A stretch of DNA of 64,000 nt. Origin: Spizellomyces punctatus DAOM BR117 (lineage: Eukaryota). The position numbers and the translations under genes are program-made. How positions within the stretch are numbered: the first letter of the stretch is position 1; each line of letters starts with the position of its first letter. Shown one piece after another: positions 1 to 13,942 of the stretch. The notes beneath the pieces are model-generated. The model saw only the letters and a list, made by a program, of their open reading frames with translations. It was not told where the DNA came from and searched no databases. Location of the stretch: assembly GCA_000182565.2 (NCBI GenBank), contig KQ257462.1. One strand, written 5' to 3'.

Positions 1-1742
1 CAAGCAGTTTGTAGAAAATAAAAAAAGGGGGGGCCAAGTCTCCAGGCGGAAAAAGAAAAAAAATTATAAAAAACACTTTGAGAGAGAAGGAGGGGGAAAG
101 CCGGAATCAAGCAAAGCGCAATGAAATCGTATGGGCCTTTTTGTCCGATGCAAAAGGGCTCTCGTATTTTTATAGCGCGCTTAACAGTATACGCAAACTT
201 TATCGTGTTATTAGTGTGTGTAGTTTTGGGGCGTGTGTGCGATGGGGAGGGACGTAGGGGGGGGAGAGAAGGCGGCGGGGAGAAGAGGCAATTTGGGGAA
301 AAGCCTCTTTCAAAAACTTTTAATTTCGTGGATTATAAGGGCAAAAGAGTTGCCAAAAAGCCGCAAACAATAAGACAAACGACGACGACGGACTTTTGGA
401 CAATACGCAGAGAGAGACTTGTGCATTTTAAACAGCCTTTCTGTGAAAGCATTTTCCTTCTGCCCTTGTCATAAGATGCGTGAGAATGGAAGCAGTTATC
501 CTGTACAGTTATGCTGGGGAGGAGAAGAGTGTGTGCTGGGTGTGTATGGGTGTTGGGTGGATGGGGAAAAGGGCAAACCATTCCAGAGATTCGGTAAGGA
601 GGGACAAAAGCGGGTCTCCGTTTTCTGCAGAGCCAAGTGTTCAAATCTCTCTTGGCTTGCAGCTTATGGCTGCTGCGACTGCTGCGGTGTTTGTGTTTTG
701 TAGGTGGGCGAGTCCTGACCACATCCTCTCCTTTGGATCGTATAGATGGCGAGAGACAAGAAAAGAATCACTTTTTGCAATGCAATTTGCTGACAAAGCA
801 CATCTTGTTCCTATTCTTCTGGCAACTTGCTCTTTCAATATCACTCTCATTTGTCCCGTGGCCTCTCCCCTCAAATGGCTGACACAATGGGGACAAACAG
901 GCAGAGTTTCTCCAATGGGAGATGATCACATCACCAAATCTCACATCACAATAACAACTGTGCCAACAGAAAAAAAGGGCGCTATTTCTCCAGGCTCGTT
1001 CTGGCCTTGGTCCCATTCATTTTTACCGCAGTGCCGAGGGTTCATTTTGCCAACAACACTTTTGTTTTTTTTCCTTGCTGAGGCTGCGACAGGCTGCCAC
1101 AGGCTGCCACAGGCTGTCAGAGGGCTGCAAGAGTGATCCAATGTATCTAACGTGCGTTTTCATGTGCAATTGCCAAAAACACATGGCAAAGCAACAGGAA
1201 AGAAACCGACGAAAAGTGTCTCCCATCAGTCCCTTTTAACTTCCGTCGATTCATCCGAATCCATCAATCTGGTACCTTGGTAGAGCCCTGCAAATTTTAT
1301 ATCAACAACTGGGCGTTCACTAGCCGGCGGCATTTCACATCTTTGGGTTTGGTCAGATGACATGGACAGCCACAATGTCGGGACGACCGGAGGAGCGGAA
1401 CAGAAACCAAGCAAAACGACATTCAGAAACAGACGACGACGACGAGCAGGAGGAAGATGAGTGACAAATGACAACCAATGACAAGATTTGGACACAATTG
1501 AGCAATCAGCCCAGGCAGAGCCAAGAACACACACACATACATACACACATACGACATGCATACGCAATGAATGGTCCCCCCCCCCCCCCCCCCCACAAAA
1601 AGGCATCAGGTAACAAAGGGTCAATATACGAAAATCCAGGGAAAAAAAGTAAAATCTCATACGTTTTTTTTTTTGGGGGGGGGGCTGTGTATGTAGTTGT
1701 GTTATAAAAAAAAAATAAAAACCTTTTAAACAGTCAAGCTTA

Positions 1743-4225
<2,483 letters not shown>

Positions 4226-5549
4226 GTTTGCTTCCAAAGACTGTTGATCCAACAAGGAAACAAATTGTATGACGGGTTTTGGTTTGTCTTTTGTATACTC
4301 TAGTGGTGAGTACTGTAGTCAGACTCGGGTAGACGACGGAGGAAGAGAAAGAGTGGCAGGTTCTTACCAGCAAAACACCGAAAAATCCAAACGTCACAAA
4401 CACTAGGGGTGCGTACGAGGGTTTGAATCAAAGCGTACCAAGGCTTTGTATCCGACTCTCTTTGATTCTTCTCTGTCTTGCTTGTGGCCCGCCTTCTCAA
4501 ACGTCTACTGGTAACTGAAGACAAACTTACAAGCGATACTTGTCAAGAAAAAAAACGGACTTTTAAAAAAAAAATCTGTGGGTTGCCCACTCCAATTACA
4601 AAGACTATCCTACAAAAAAAAATCCCTCAACCCGAGGTAAAACGTTCCCCAAGAAAAACAACACAACCCACACACACACTTTAGATATTGGCAAACTAGT
4701 ATCCCATATTCTTTTTCTTCAACAACCCACAAATGGGACGAAAATACTCCGAATGAATGGTGGGGTGTTACGCGCCAATACAAGGGCAAAAAGGTATTTG
4801 CTTGGTAATGTCAGAGAAACAAACATTCACATTCCCACGTTCAGCAATAACAGTCCTTGGAGACACCTGACGTAGCATAATATGGTTACCCCCATTCATT
4901 GTATTGCAAGCTTTCCGTAGTACGGATCCATGTAAGATTCCCTTACAGTGGCAGTGCTATAATGCTATTCAAAAAAACTTTGATGAGATTAGATATATAA
5001 CAAGGGGATTTGGCTGATGGGCTTTAAAAGATTCAATTCCCAAAAAAAATCTAGAACTTGCCCAAAATGTACTTGAAGAATCTAGCCTATATCCAAACGG
5101 CCTTTTCCCTACTCTACTTGCCTGATCTACATGGTGTGTTTTTTAATCAAGCACCCTCAAAGTATTACAAAAGCCATATTCAAACATTCAACAAGGGACA
5201 AAAGGGAAAACTTTGAATCCAAACCTCCGCTAAATACCCTAAACTCCGACCGCTTACGTATATGGCTGACAGAGCGCGCTCCGTTTTTTGTTGAGTTGAT
5301 GATGTTTTTTTTTTCTGGACGAAGGGCGATTGGAAGGAACAAGGTATTGCAAATGTAATCAGATTTCCATGGCGAGATGTCATTAGTATTATGTTGAAAA
5401 TGTGTGATGATGAGATGCCTCGTATACGGTAACTGAACCATGAAAGAAAATCTATATTGCACACTACAATAGACCCCATGTCATCAGGATAAAGTCAATA
5501 CAATCAACCAAAAAAAACTACAAAACTACAGCTCAAAAATAATAACAGC

Positions 5550-8456
5550 TCAAATATCAATCCCTAATCCACTTTCCACACTCTGTACCAATGCCTCTAT
5601 TTTCAATCCCGCCATAAGACACAGCCTCTCATCACGCCGCACATCCTCTTCTTCAACCCCCACCACGTGGATACCACGTCCAACATCCGCCAACAATTTA
5701 CTGTACTGTTTGAGCCGGAGAAGAGGTCTCAACAAATGATGCCTCCATTCCCGTTCCGTCGAAATCGTAAGAACCGGATGCCGGTCTTTACCTTTAAAAT
5801 TCGCCTGCATATGCTCTACAAACAATGTCCGATCCCGCGCGGTACTTTTAGAGCTTAAAATTCCAAGTCGATGAGGCGCGTCAGCGGTCGTGAGGACTGC
5901 GTAGGTAATATACGGCCTCGTTAACGCGCTAGAAAAGTGGAGAAAGGGGTGTCCGATTTTTAAAGATTCGAGTTCGGGATCTGCGGTGGGTGGGGGGATT
6001 GTTGCTCTTCGGAGAGCTGATAGTAAATCTTCGTGTAGGGAAAGCAGACTTTGCATGACGGTGTAGAGGGCAATGTAGTCGTTTGTTTCGTTTTGGAGGC
6101 GGGTCAGGTAGGTTTTGTCGTCTTCCCCCGCCAGACGTGCGAGTGAGGACGCGGGATCGATGGTAGGTGGTGGTGTGTTGGCGCTAGTAGCATCCGAATC
6201 CATTGAATCTGAGACTGTCCCATCTGAAAGGGTTTTGCGAACATGTCGAATATATGCCTTGCGCTCTTGAAGCAATGTTGCGCCATAAGAATTGATGACA
6301 GTTAGATTGTGTACATAGTGTTCCTGTTTTAGATATGGAGAGAATGGGTTATCAGCTAAAGCACAGTCTACCATAATAATGTACTTCAGAACATTTGCAT
6401 ACCTCACTCAAAACCAACTGCTTAATTCCTCCTTCCCTCTTTTTCCTCTTTATCAACTGCATTTTCATCAAAGCCTTTTTAGACACCTCTTCAAAATGTT
6501 CATCAGTAGTCACGTCTGTCGCTTCCGAAGGTGGGGGTGAAGCGGGCGGCGTTAAATTGTTGTTTGACACGGCACGAAACGAGTGATCATCGTAAGTTGA
6601 CCCCGCATCACTTTTTTCAAGGTGGGTTTCATCGCGGGTAACAATCACTGTTGTGTCAGAGGAGTGGGAAGGGGTGCGTGTGTGGTTGATGTGGGATGAG
6701 GAGTCGGAAGCGGGAGGGGAAGTAGGTGTACTAGGACGCGGATCAGCCGACATGACACTAAGGTGTTTTTGGTATTTAAGAGCTAAAACGTCTTCGGAAA
6801 GTCCTGCATGATCAGAAGGTTCTGCTTCGTGTGTTGGTTGTTCTGTTTCTTGTACTTGAACGAGTGTATCAGTTGGAGCAGCAGGTCGACTCCATCGATA
6901 CGCGTACATTGAATAAAGCGACTCCCCACTCGGCCGTCTGGACATTCGCTGCTCATCCCTCGCCATCATGCTATTGCTATTCGATCTAGACCGTGCTCGA
7001 CTCCTTGATGCCCTTTTCGACCGTCTCCGACCATCCTCATCCTCCTCTTTGAGGATAATAACCGGTCCATCCCAACCCTGTCGTCTCGCCTGTCGTTCAA
7101 GTGCGCAAACGGTTCTCAAGACAGTCAACCCAGCCCGTCGACTCGGGTCCCCGTCGACACCCATCAAAATGTCCGCGACGGAAAAGAGGTACTTTGGTTT
7201 CACGCCCACCGTTTTGCATAATTCCAGAAAAAAGATAATTTTGTGTACAGTGAATTCGGGGCCTTTGGTCAAGAGTTGACATTGGGTTCTTGGGTAGAGT
7301 TTACAAGCTAAATGGCAGAGGACATCGCCGGTTTGGAGGAGTGTCATAATGTCCCCGGGTGCATCGGCCGGGAGGGATAGTGTACCACGTAACCATTCAA
7401 CGACACGCGGACCGTACTCTTGGTAGATTTGGGCCGGCGTTTTTTGTCCAAGGGGACCCCCTGTAATTGCCAATGCCAGGATGATGAGCCGCTCATCCCG
7501 TGGTAAAATCAATGCACCGAAAACAAAATGTCGCTAACGTACCCAACACTGACATTCGCGCATCCTCTCGCCTTTTGGCCTCCTCATCTGCACCCACTGA
7601 CCCACCTGCCGCCAAAATCGACAGATGAGCGGATAATCGAAAAGTCTGCTCCGAATTCAAGAGCTTCATAAACTCAATCTCCTTTGGCGATGGAGTTGAT
7701 GTACCCGCCTAATGTATAACCCGGTAGCTATGAGTATCTATATCAACTGTCAAAAAAACAAACCAAGTTGAAACACACCTGTAATCCATCCCTCAACAAA
7801 ATCTCCCTGTACGCAACAGACACCCTCTGCAAATGCCTGCGGAGATTGGTAACCCGTCTCGACACACGCCGTTCATCCATTTTGTTATCCACAGGTGACG
7901 CCGACCGCCCAGTACCCATCCCCTTTTTCATCTCATTCACCCGCTTTCGAGCACAATACCCTCTCCACACTTTTTGCAAAACAATCACAGCCGACCGTCG
8001 TCGTTTCATTTCCCCAAAATCTTCCAAAATCCTTTGACCACGCTCACTCAACGCCACTACCATCCCTGTTTCGCAGTCCCATATTTGAGCGTCCTTTGGT
8101 GAGAGACGGGCGGATGTGAGGTAATCCAGACATGACCCATGCAGTGTCGAAACAGGTGGAACCCTCCTGTCTATAAACCGAGCGTAGAATTCTGCGAGTG
8201 AAAGAGTGTTTTGCGGTGTGGTGGGTGATGATGGCTGGGATATATCATATGAGGCCGCATATGAAGCGCGGGGGTCGTAGGAAGCGTGGGGGTCATAGGA
8301 TAGGTGGGGGTCGTAGTAGGATGGGACGTGGGATGTGTGAGGTGGATACGCTATGCCATTTGGATGGCTGTTGTACTGCTGCCCATCGTATCCGTTTGGA
8401 TACGGGAGCATGCTGTATGTCGCTGGCCAACTGACGACGGACGACCGCGAGTCCAT
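5550..8456 (-). CDS. IQ + calponin-homology + Dbl-homology (RhoGEF-like) protein with an N-terminal myosin-converter-like segment; 4 exons (~8456-7779, 7709-7543, 7461-6403, 6323-5550)
   Basis: IQ motif LQKVWRGYCARK. CH motifs VVEWL...LQTGDVLCHLA...IIFFLELCKTVGV..LFSVADI. DH motifs LVLSE|EHYVHNL, IGHPFLHF...YITY and LLRPLLRLKQYSKLL. The three track ORFs join in frame through GT-AG introns plus one exon missing from the track. Confidence 0.8.
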
Positions 8457-8899
8457 TAATGAATTTCGTTTTGCAGAAAAATATCAGATGGAAAGCGGTC
8501 TTGTTGTTTGAATAGCTACAAATATCGGCCCGCTAGAATTTTGGTGGGTGCCAATAATGTGTGCAGTAAACGTTGGTGGTGGTCGAAAAGTTTAAATTCC
8601 AGTCAATTTCATCTGTCTTCAAATCTTTTTCAATAAAAAAACAAGAGGTGTTCAATGTTTATGTTTTGGGAGGACAAGGTTGAAACTTGCTCGTTGACCC
8701 AACAAAGCTTTGTTCAACTCTTGTCCTTGTTGCTGGCCTTTGATGCAACCAACAAAAATAAAAAATCCTTTTGCGTTCAAGCAGTTGAGGCGCTTTTGAA
8801 GCCGTTTGTGTTCTCGTTTCACACTTGGTAGTTTGGCACGCGCATCGAATTTTGGAACACTTAGGTGATCAAAAAAAAGTGCACAACTATTCTGCAAAG

Positions 8900-8972
8900 A
8901 GCCCGATGCGGGGGTCGAACCCGCAACCTTGAGGTTAAGAGCCTCACGCTCTACCGATTGAGCTAACCGGGC
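8900..8972 (-). tRNA. tRNA-Lys(CTT): tRNA-Lys (anticodon CTT), intronless
   Basis: Reverse complement reads GCCCGGTTAGCTCAATCGGTAGAGCGTGAGGCTCTTAACCTCAAGGTTGCGGGTTCGACCCCCGCATCGGGC. It has A and B boxes, an anticodon stem TGAGG/CCTCA around CTT, and a downstream poly-T Pol III terminator (~8871-8878). Confidence 0.97.
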
Positions 8973-9176
8973 ATTGATTCTGGGAAGGCTAAGGTTTTTT
9001 ATGTGTTTGCTCAATATTAAGAATCGGACGAGCCCAGTTACCATGGAGCACAATGCTCGCTTTCCTTCAGATCCAACCCAAGAGGAACCTCGTCTTTTTA
9101 CACGACAACTTTTGCTAGATGCAAATCACCTTCCAGACGCTGCTCCTACCGTTGCCAAGATGAAGAACAAGAGAAT

Positions 9177-11796
9177 ATGGCGGCCATATCCAGATTACTG
9201 CATTATGTGTTCTTTGAGCGGCGACAATGTTGGAGTGAACGGTAAGACGTCCTAATGCATATGGCCGTGTTTTTGACTTTTGGCACTGACCGACGTCCAT
9301 TTTTACTGCTGTAGCGTCATGTCGACAGTGCCGAAATGCACGGTCCATAAACAACCGTTCAGATCGCATTCTCAAGCGCCTGGCCGCCAAACACAAAACG
9401 ACGAGCATCATCGAACAAAAAGAATGCCAAGGGAAAGACACAGTCCCATTACCATGCAGATAGCAAGATCCAGTCACCAGCTGGCGACAATCCCGAAACT
9501 CCTTGAGCAAAATGTGGAGGAGAGACCAGACATGACGCAAGGAGTAACACTTGACCTATGGAAGCAAGCTGTGCGTCATCCACCTGTAGAAGGGGAGTCT
9601 GACGAGGCCGTGCGGGCCAAATGGCGATATTATCAAACCCATATTCGGGGATCGGACGCTCTCAAAACCCTAGAAACGGATGATTTCCATCTGTTATTAT
9701 CTCAACTCGGGATCGAGAGCGGTCCGACATTTTCAGAAAAGGCAGAGATCATTCTCGGAGATATGGAAAGTGCTGGTATTCCAATCGAGTCACGCATGTA
9801 TGAAGTCTGGGCAGAGCATGCGGATATCATGTCGCTGGCGGACGCAGAGTCGTTTCTTAGTACCGTGTGGTGGTGCGGTTCGCCACAGTTGGTGTCAGAC
9901 AACCTGTTTGCGACTCTGATTAGGATTTTGGGTGCGCAACAGAAGCGGGATGCGGCAATGGTTCTGTTTAATAAAGCAAAGGCCTCTGGTCGTGCCGGAA
10001 AGAAAACATATGTTGAGACGATCAAAACCGCGTGCTGGATGGACGCAATGAATCTGGCTCGTTCTTTGTGCGATGAGATGGAGGAGGAGATAAAGACTGT
10101 GATTACAGAAGATCTTTTGGCGAGTATGATATGGATATGTTCACGAAGAAATCGAAGGGATCCGTCCTCCGCCACCCAGATCTTTGATTGGGCAAAGCTC
10201 AAGAAAAAATGTGGAGTCAAGGTCTACGCAGAGATGATGTGGACCTTGTGTGCGGCAGATATGGTGGATGAAGCTGTGGAGCTATGTAAGGAAATGATTG
10301 TTGAAAAGAAGATTGCTCCGAATACCAAGATCTGCAATACACTCTTATGGGCATACCTCAAACGCAAAGAGGACGACATGGCCATGGATGTATTGAAACG
10401 AATGACGACCGCGGAAGTCACGCCAAACTCTATTACGTATGAAGGTGTCATTGTCGCCTTAGCCAAGCAGCGTGACGTGGACGGTGCCATGGAAGTTTTT
10501 CGACGAATGGAAGAGTCCCCAGGTGCGACGCCGACGACATATACCTATAACATCATCCTCAACATCCTGTTGAAGCATGGGCGGATGGCGGACGTAATGC
10601 AGCTATTGGAGAAGATGCCTAAAAGAGGAATAAAGGCCGATGCCATTACATATCGGACGTTGATACAGGGGCTGACAGTGAATGGACGAGCGGATGAGGC
10701 GCTGAAAGTGTTCCATTCAATGTTGAAAACAGGTATTGCCGGCGATGCACGAACCGCGGTTGTGGTTCTCAAGGCGTTTGTAGCTGCTGGCAGATTGGAG
10801 GACGCAATTGCATCCCTCAATCAAATGAAAGCTGGGAAATGGAAGATTAATTCCTGGGCAGTTACTGTGCTCATCCATGCCTATCTGAGAAGAGCAAGTT
10901 ACGAAAATGCCTTTGAATTGCTAGATACCCTCGGTGACGGCATGCAACCAGATAGGGTCACGTACACTTGCTTCATTGATGCGTACGCCTCTCGGGGCGA
11001 CATGGAAGGTGTATCGAGAATGATACGCGCCATGGATTCCCGACAAATCGAACCCGATACCCCGCTCTATAACGCGCTTATCGATGCACATGTGCAGCAA
11101 GGAAATAAAGATGAGGCGTTTCGATTATTCCGCGCAATGGTCGATCGTGATTTACGGCCTGATGTGCGGACTTACACGATGCTCGTGAAGGTGTGCGCTG
11201 ATAGTGGAGCTGTTGAGGAGTGCGTCCGTCTGATTGAGGAGATGGAAGTGAGCGGAGTGTGGCCCAATGTCATGACATACACATGCCTTATTCTGGGACT
11301 GCTGAAAGCCGGTCAAGGCCAGAGGGTTGCGCAATGGTTTGAAAGGATGGTGAAAGCCAGCACCTCACAGTTGTTGATAACGATGAGGCCAACCAATGGC
11401 GAGAAAAAGACTCTAGTGAAGCACCCCAGCTTCACGGTGGATGGACAGGCATGTTCGACAGCACTGACGGGCTTGGTCCGTTTAAAGGATTTTGACAATT
11501 ATGCCAAAGTCTTGCATTCGATCCATGATTGTGGCCTGCACGTAGATCCCAGCCACTATGTCTTTGCAATTGAAGCTCTTAAAGAATTGGGCCGACCTCG
11601 AAGGGCCGAAATGCTGTATCGGAGGATGCTTTCCGATGATATTCATGATCGAGCCGCTGTGCGGCGGGCTAGGAGTGCAGTATTGGCGGTCGTGGCCAAA
11701 AAGTACGGTGAAGATGGAGTCGAGGGCTTTCTGCGACGAGAACGATATGGCTGGAAGCATGTGCCTGTTGATGGGATTATCAAGGTTGAAGTTTAA
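9177..11796 (+). CDS. Pentatricopeptide-repeat (P-class PPR) protein, probably mitochondrial RNA-binding
   Basis: A dozen or more ~35-aa repeats (PNSITYEGVIVALAK, PTTYTYNIILNILLK, ADAITYRTLIQGL, PDRVTYTCFIDAYA, PDVRTYTMLVKVCA). Probable first exon 9177-9241 (MAAISRLLHY...) splices at GTAAGA..TAG to 9315 in frame. Confidence 0.93.
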
Positions 11797-12682
11797 CGGA
11801 AAATTACAAGGTGAACGGATCTATTTCTCGCGAGAAGGCAGATCACCTGGGAAAAGGGGGGAATATCTGAGTGGATTGACTCTTAAGTGACTACGTTTTG
11901 TACAGGAGCATGTGGGTATTGGTAGAAGGCATCTTCCAATTGGGTTAGACTGCAAGCGCCTTTATTTTTATTCTAAACGTTTTTTTTATTTAAAATTAAT
12001 TGGATACTCGCTTTGCATTGCTTGATACATCTTCCATCCCTGGCGTGTTGAACCTAGCTCGATGTGGTAGTAGGATGTACGGTAGTAGGGTGTACGGAAT
12101 GGATTCCAGTAGCACCATATTTCCTGCACCACTGTGGCAGATGGCGATCAGTATCGAACACATAAAGGATCCTCATACCAATAACTCCTGTTCAATGAAA
12201 AATGGTCTTTGCCGGCACATCTGGAGGTTCATGATCATTAGCGATTCCTTGCACATCACCCCACGCCGTAAGGCATCGTTTGTCTGCAGGTGCTGCTGCC
12301 TAGGAAATTGCCACCCTCTGCATTCCTGATTTTGGTATTGGCCAATTTATTAAGAATTCGCAATGCACATGCCATCGTCACTGTTCTACTTCTACAATTG
12401 CGCTACATAACTGCACAACTCCCATGAAACTAGCAATTGAAAACTCCGTATTTACATGATATGTACGAGTGATACCCTTGTCATACGGATGAGATGTTCA
12501 TTTTCGACAATTCTGTTGCAACGACATTCTCCAGATGCTATCAATGGAGCTACCAAAACTCCTAATTACAAAGAAAAGGGCACCTCCCTATGTACAAACC
12601 CACTCGGCGATTCCAGTTCCTCTTCATTCCAGATACTTTTCAACATAGGCCAAGTTGACCCTGCAACAGCCATACAGCTCCA

Positions 12683-13629
12683 TCAAGGTTTCAACACTCC
12701 ACAATCAGATATCACCACATCCTGTAGTGGCCGATCAGACATATTTGTCGGCACCGCTTCCATTGCCCGAAGTATATCCATGCCCTCTATAAGCATTCCA
12801 AATACGACATGCTCAGGGTCGAGCCAATTTGTAGCAGCGGCTGTTATAAAGAATTGGGAGCCTTGATGCAGAATGAGTTGTAACGCCAGCTTGTCAAACC
12901 TGAAAGTGGACAAAGGTAGGCCCCTTACCATTCGTATCTGGCCCCGCGTTCGCCATACTGAGCATGCCAGGGCCATCATGTTTAAAAATGAACCCCTCAT
13001 CGGGGAATCGATCGCCGTATATTGACTTTCCTCCCCGTCTAGATATGGACGATCGAGTCAGTCATTGGTATATTGCTCGTTACCAACTGTCATTAAGAGT
13101 TCTCACCCATCACCACGCGTGATATCCCCACCCTGAACCATGAACCCTTTAATGATCCGGTGAAATTTGGAATTCTTGTATCCGAATCCTTTCTCGCCTG
13201 TTGCCAGTGCCCTGAAATTCTCTACGGTTTTTGGGAGAGCATTTCCAAAGAGACCTAGGGTTATTCTTCCCAGCTAGATTTCGCAAGATATGAAAATGAA
13301 TTGGTTAACGTCCCATTACATTCTACAAATTAACGATTGTTTTTTGAGCCTATACGCACCTGCTTTTCTCCATGTGTAATATCAAAGAATACTGTATGAG
13401 TGATCTCCTTGGGATCCCCCGTGGGGCCCTCCATGGTCTCATTTTGTTTACCCTTGTGAACGATAGACTGTCGGAGCGGGGAAGACGAGTCGTGCTGGTG
13501 TTCTTCTCCATACATCTCTCGCCCTAGTTGACTCAGATCTTCCTTCGGGCCAGCCGGTAAAAGAACATACAGGAAAAGAGCAGACACTATGAGTGCAGCA
13601 AAGAGGACCGAGCGCCGTGAGCGAGCCAT
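12683..13629 (-). CDS. Cyclophilin B-type peptidyl-prolyl isomerase with N-terminal signal/anchor; 4 exons
   Basis: [76 protein letters not shown] and [10 protein letters not shown]. The N-terminus is hydrophobic ([17 protein letters not shown]). Confidence 0.95.
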
Positions 13630-13942
13630 TTGTCTCAAGTCTTGATGCAGCATGAAATTTCCTTTGAATTTTCAAAACCCATTTGGATGAGCGTTTGGAA
13701 TGCGACGAGCATCATTGACTCATTCCACGTGAATGGCACAGTCATGTAATTTGTGGCACTTGACAATATCATCAAAAGTGTTTGTTGCTTTGCATTGACA
13801 GATACAGGGCTGGGCTCGTAGAGGAAAGCTGCTGTTTGTTGAACGAGCAGGCTCCTTTCCATCTTTTGCTTGCTCATCGTTTGCCTCAGCCCCTCCTAGT
13901 ATACCCCCCAGGAAAACAATTGTCTTTTGTCGCAGTAGCGAA

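Noticed and set aside
121-1707. Several 60-218 aa ORFs on both strands
   Set aside because: No recognisable motifs; homopolymer and CA/GA tracts are typical of UTR or promoter DNA.
8652-9053. 133-aa minus-strand ORF
   Set aside because: It overlaps the tRNA-Lys gene and is spurious.
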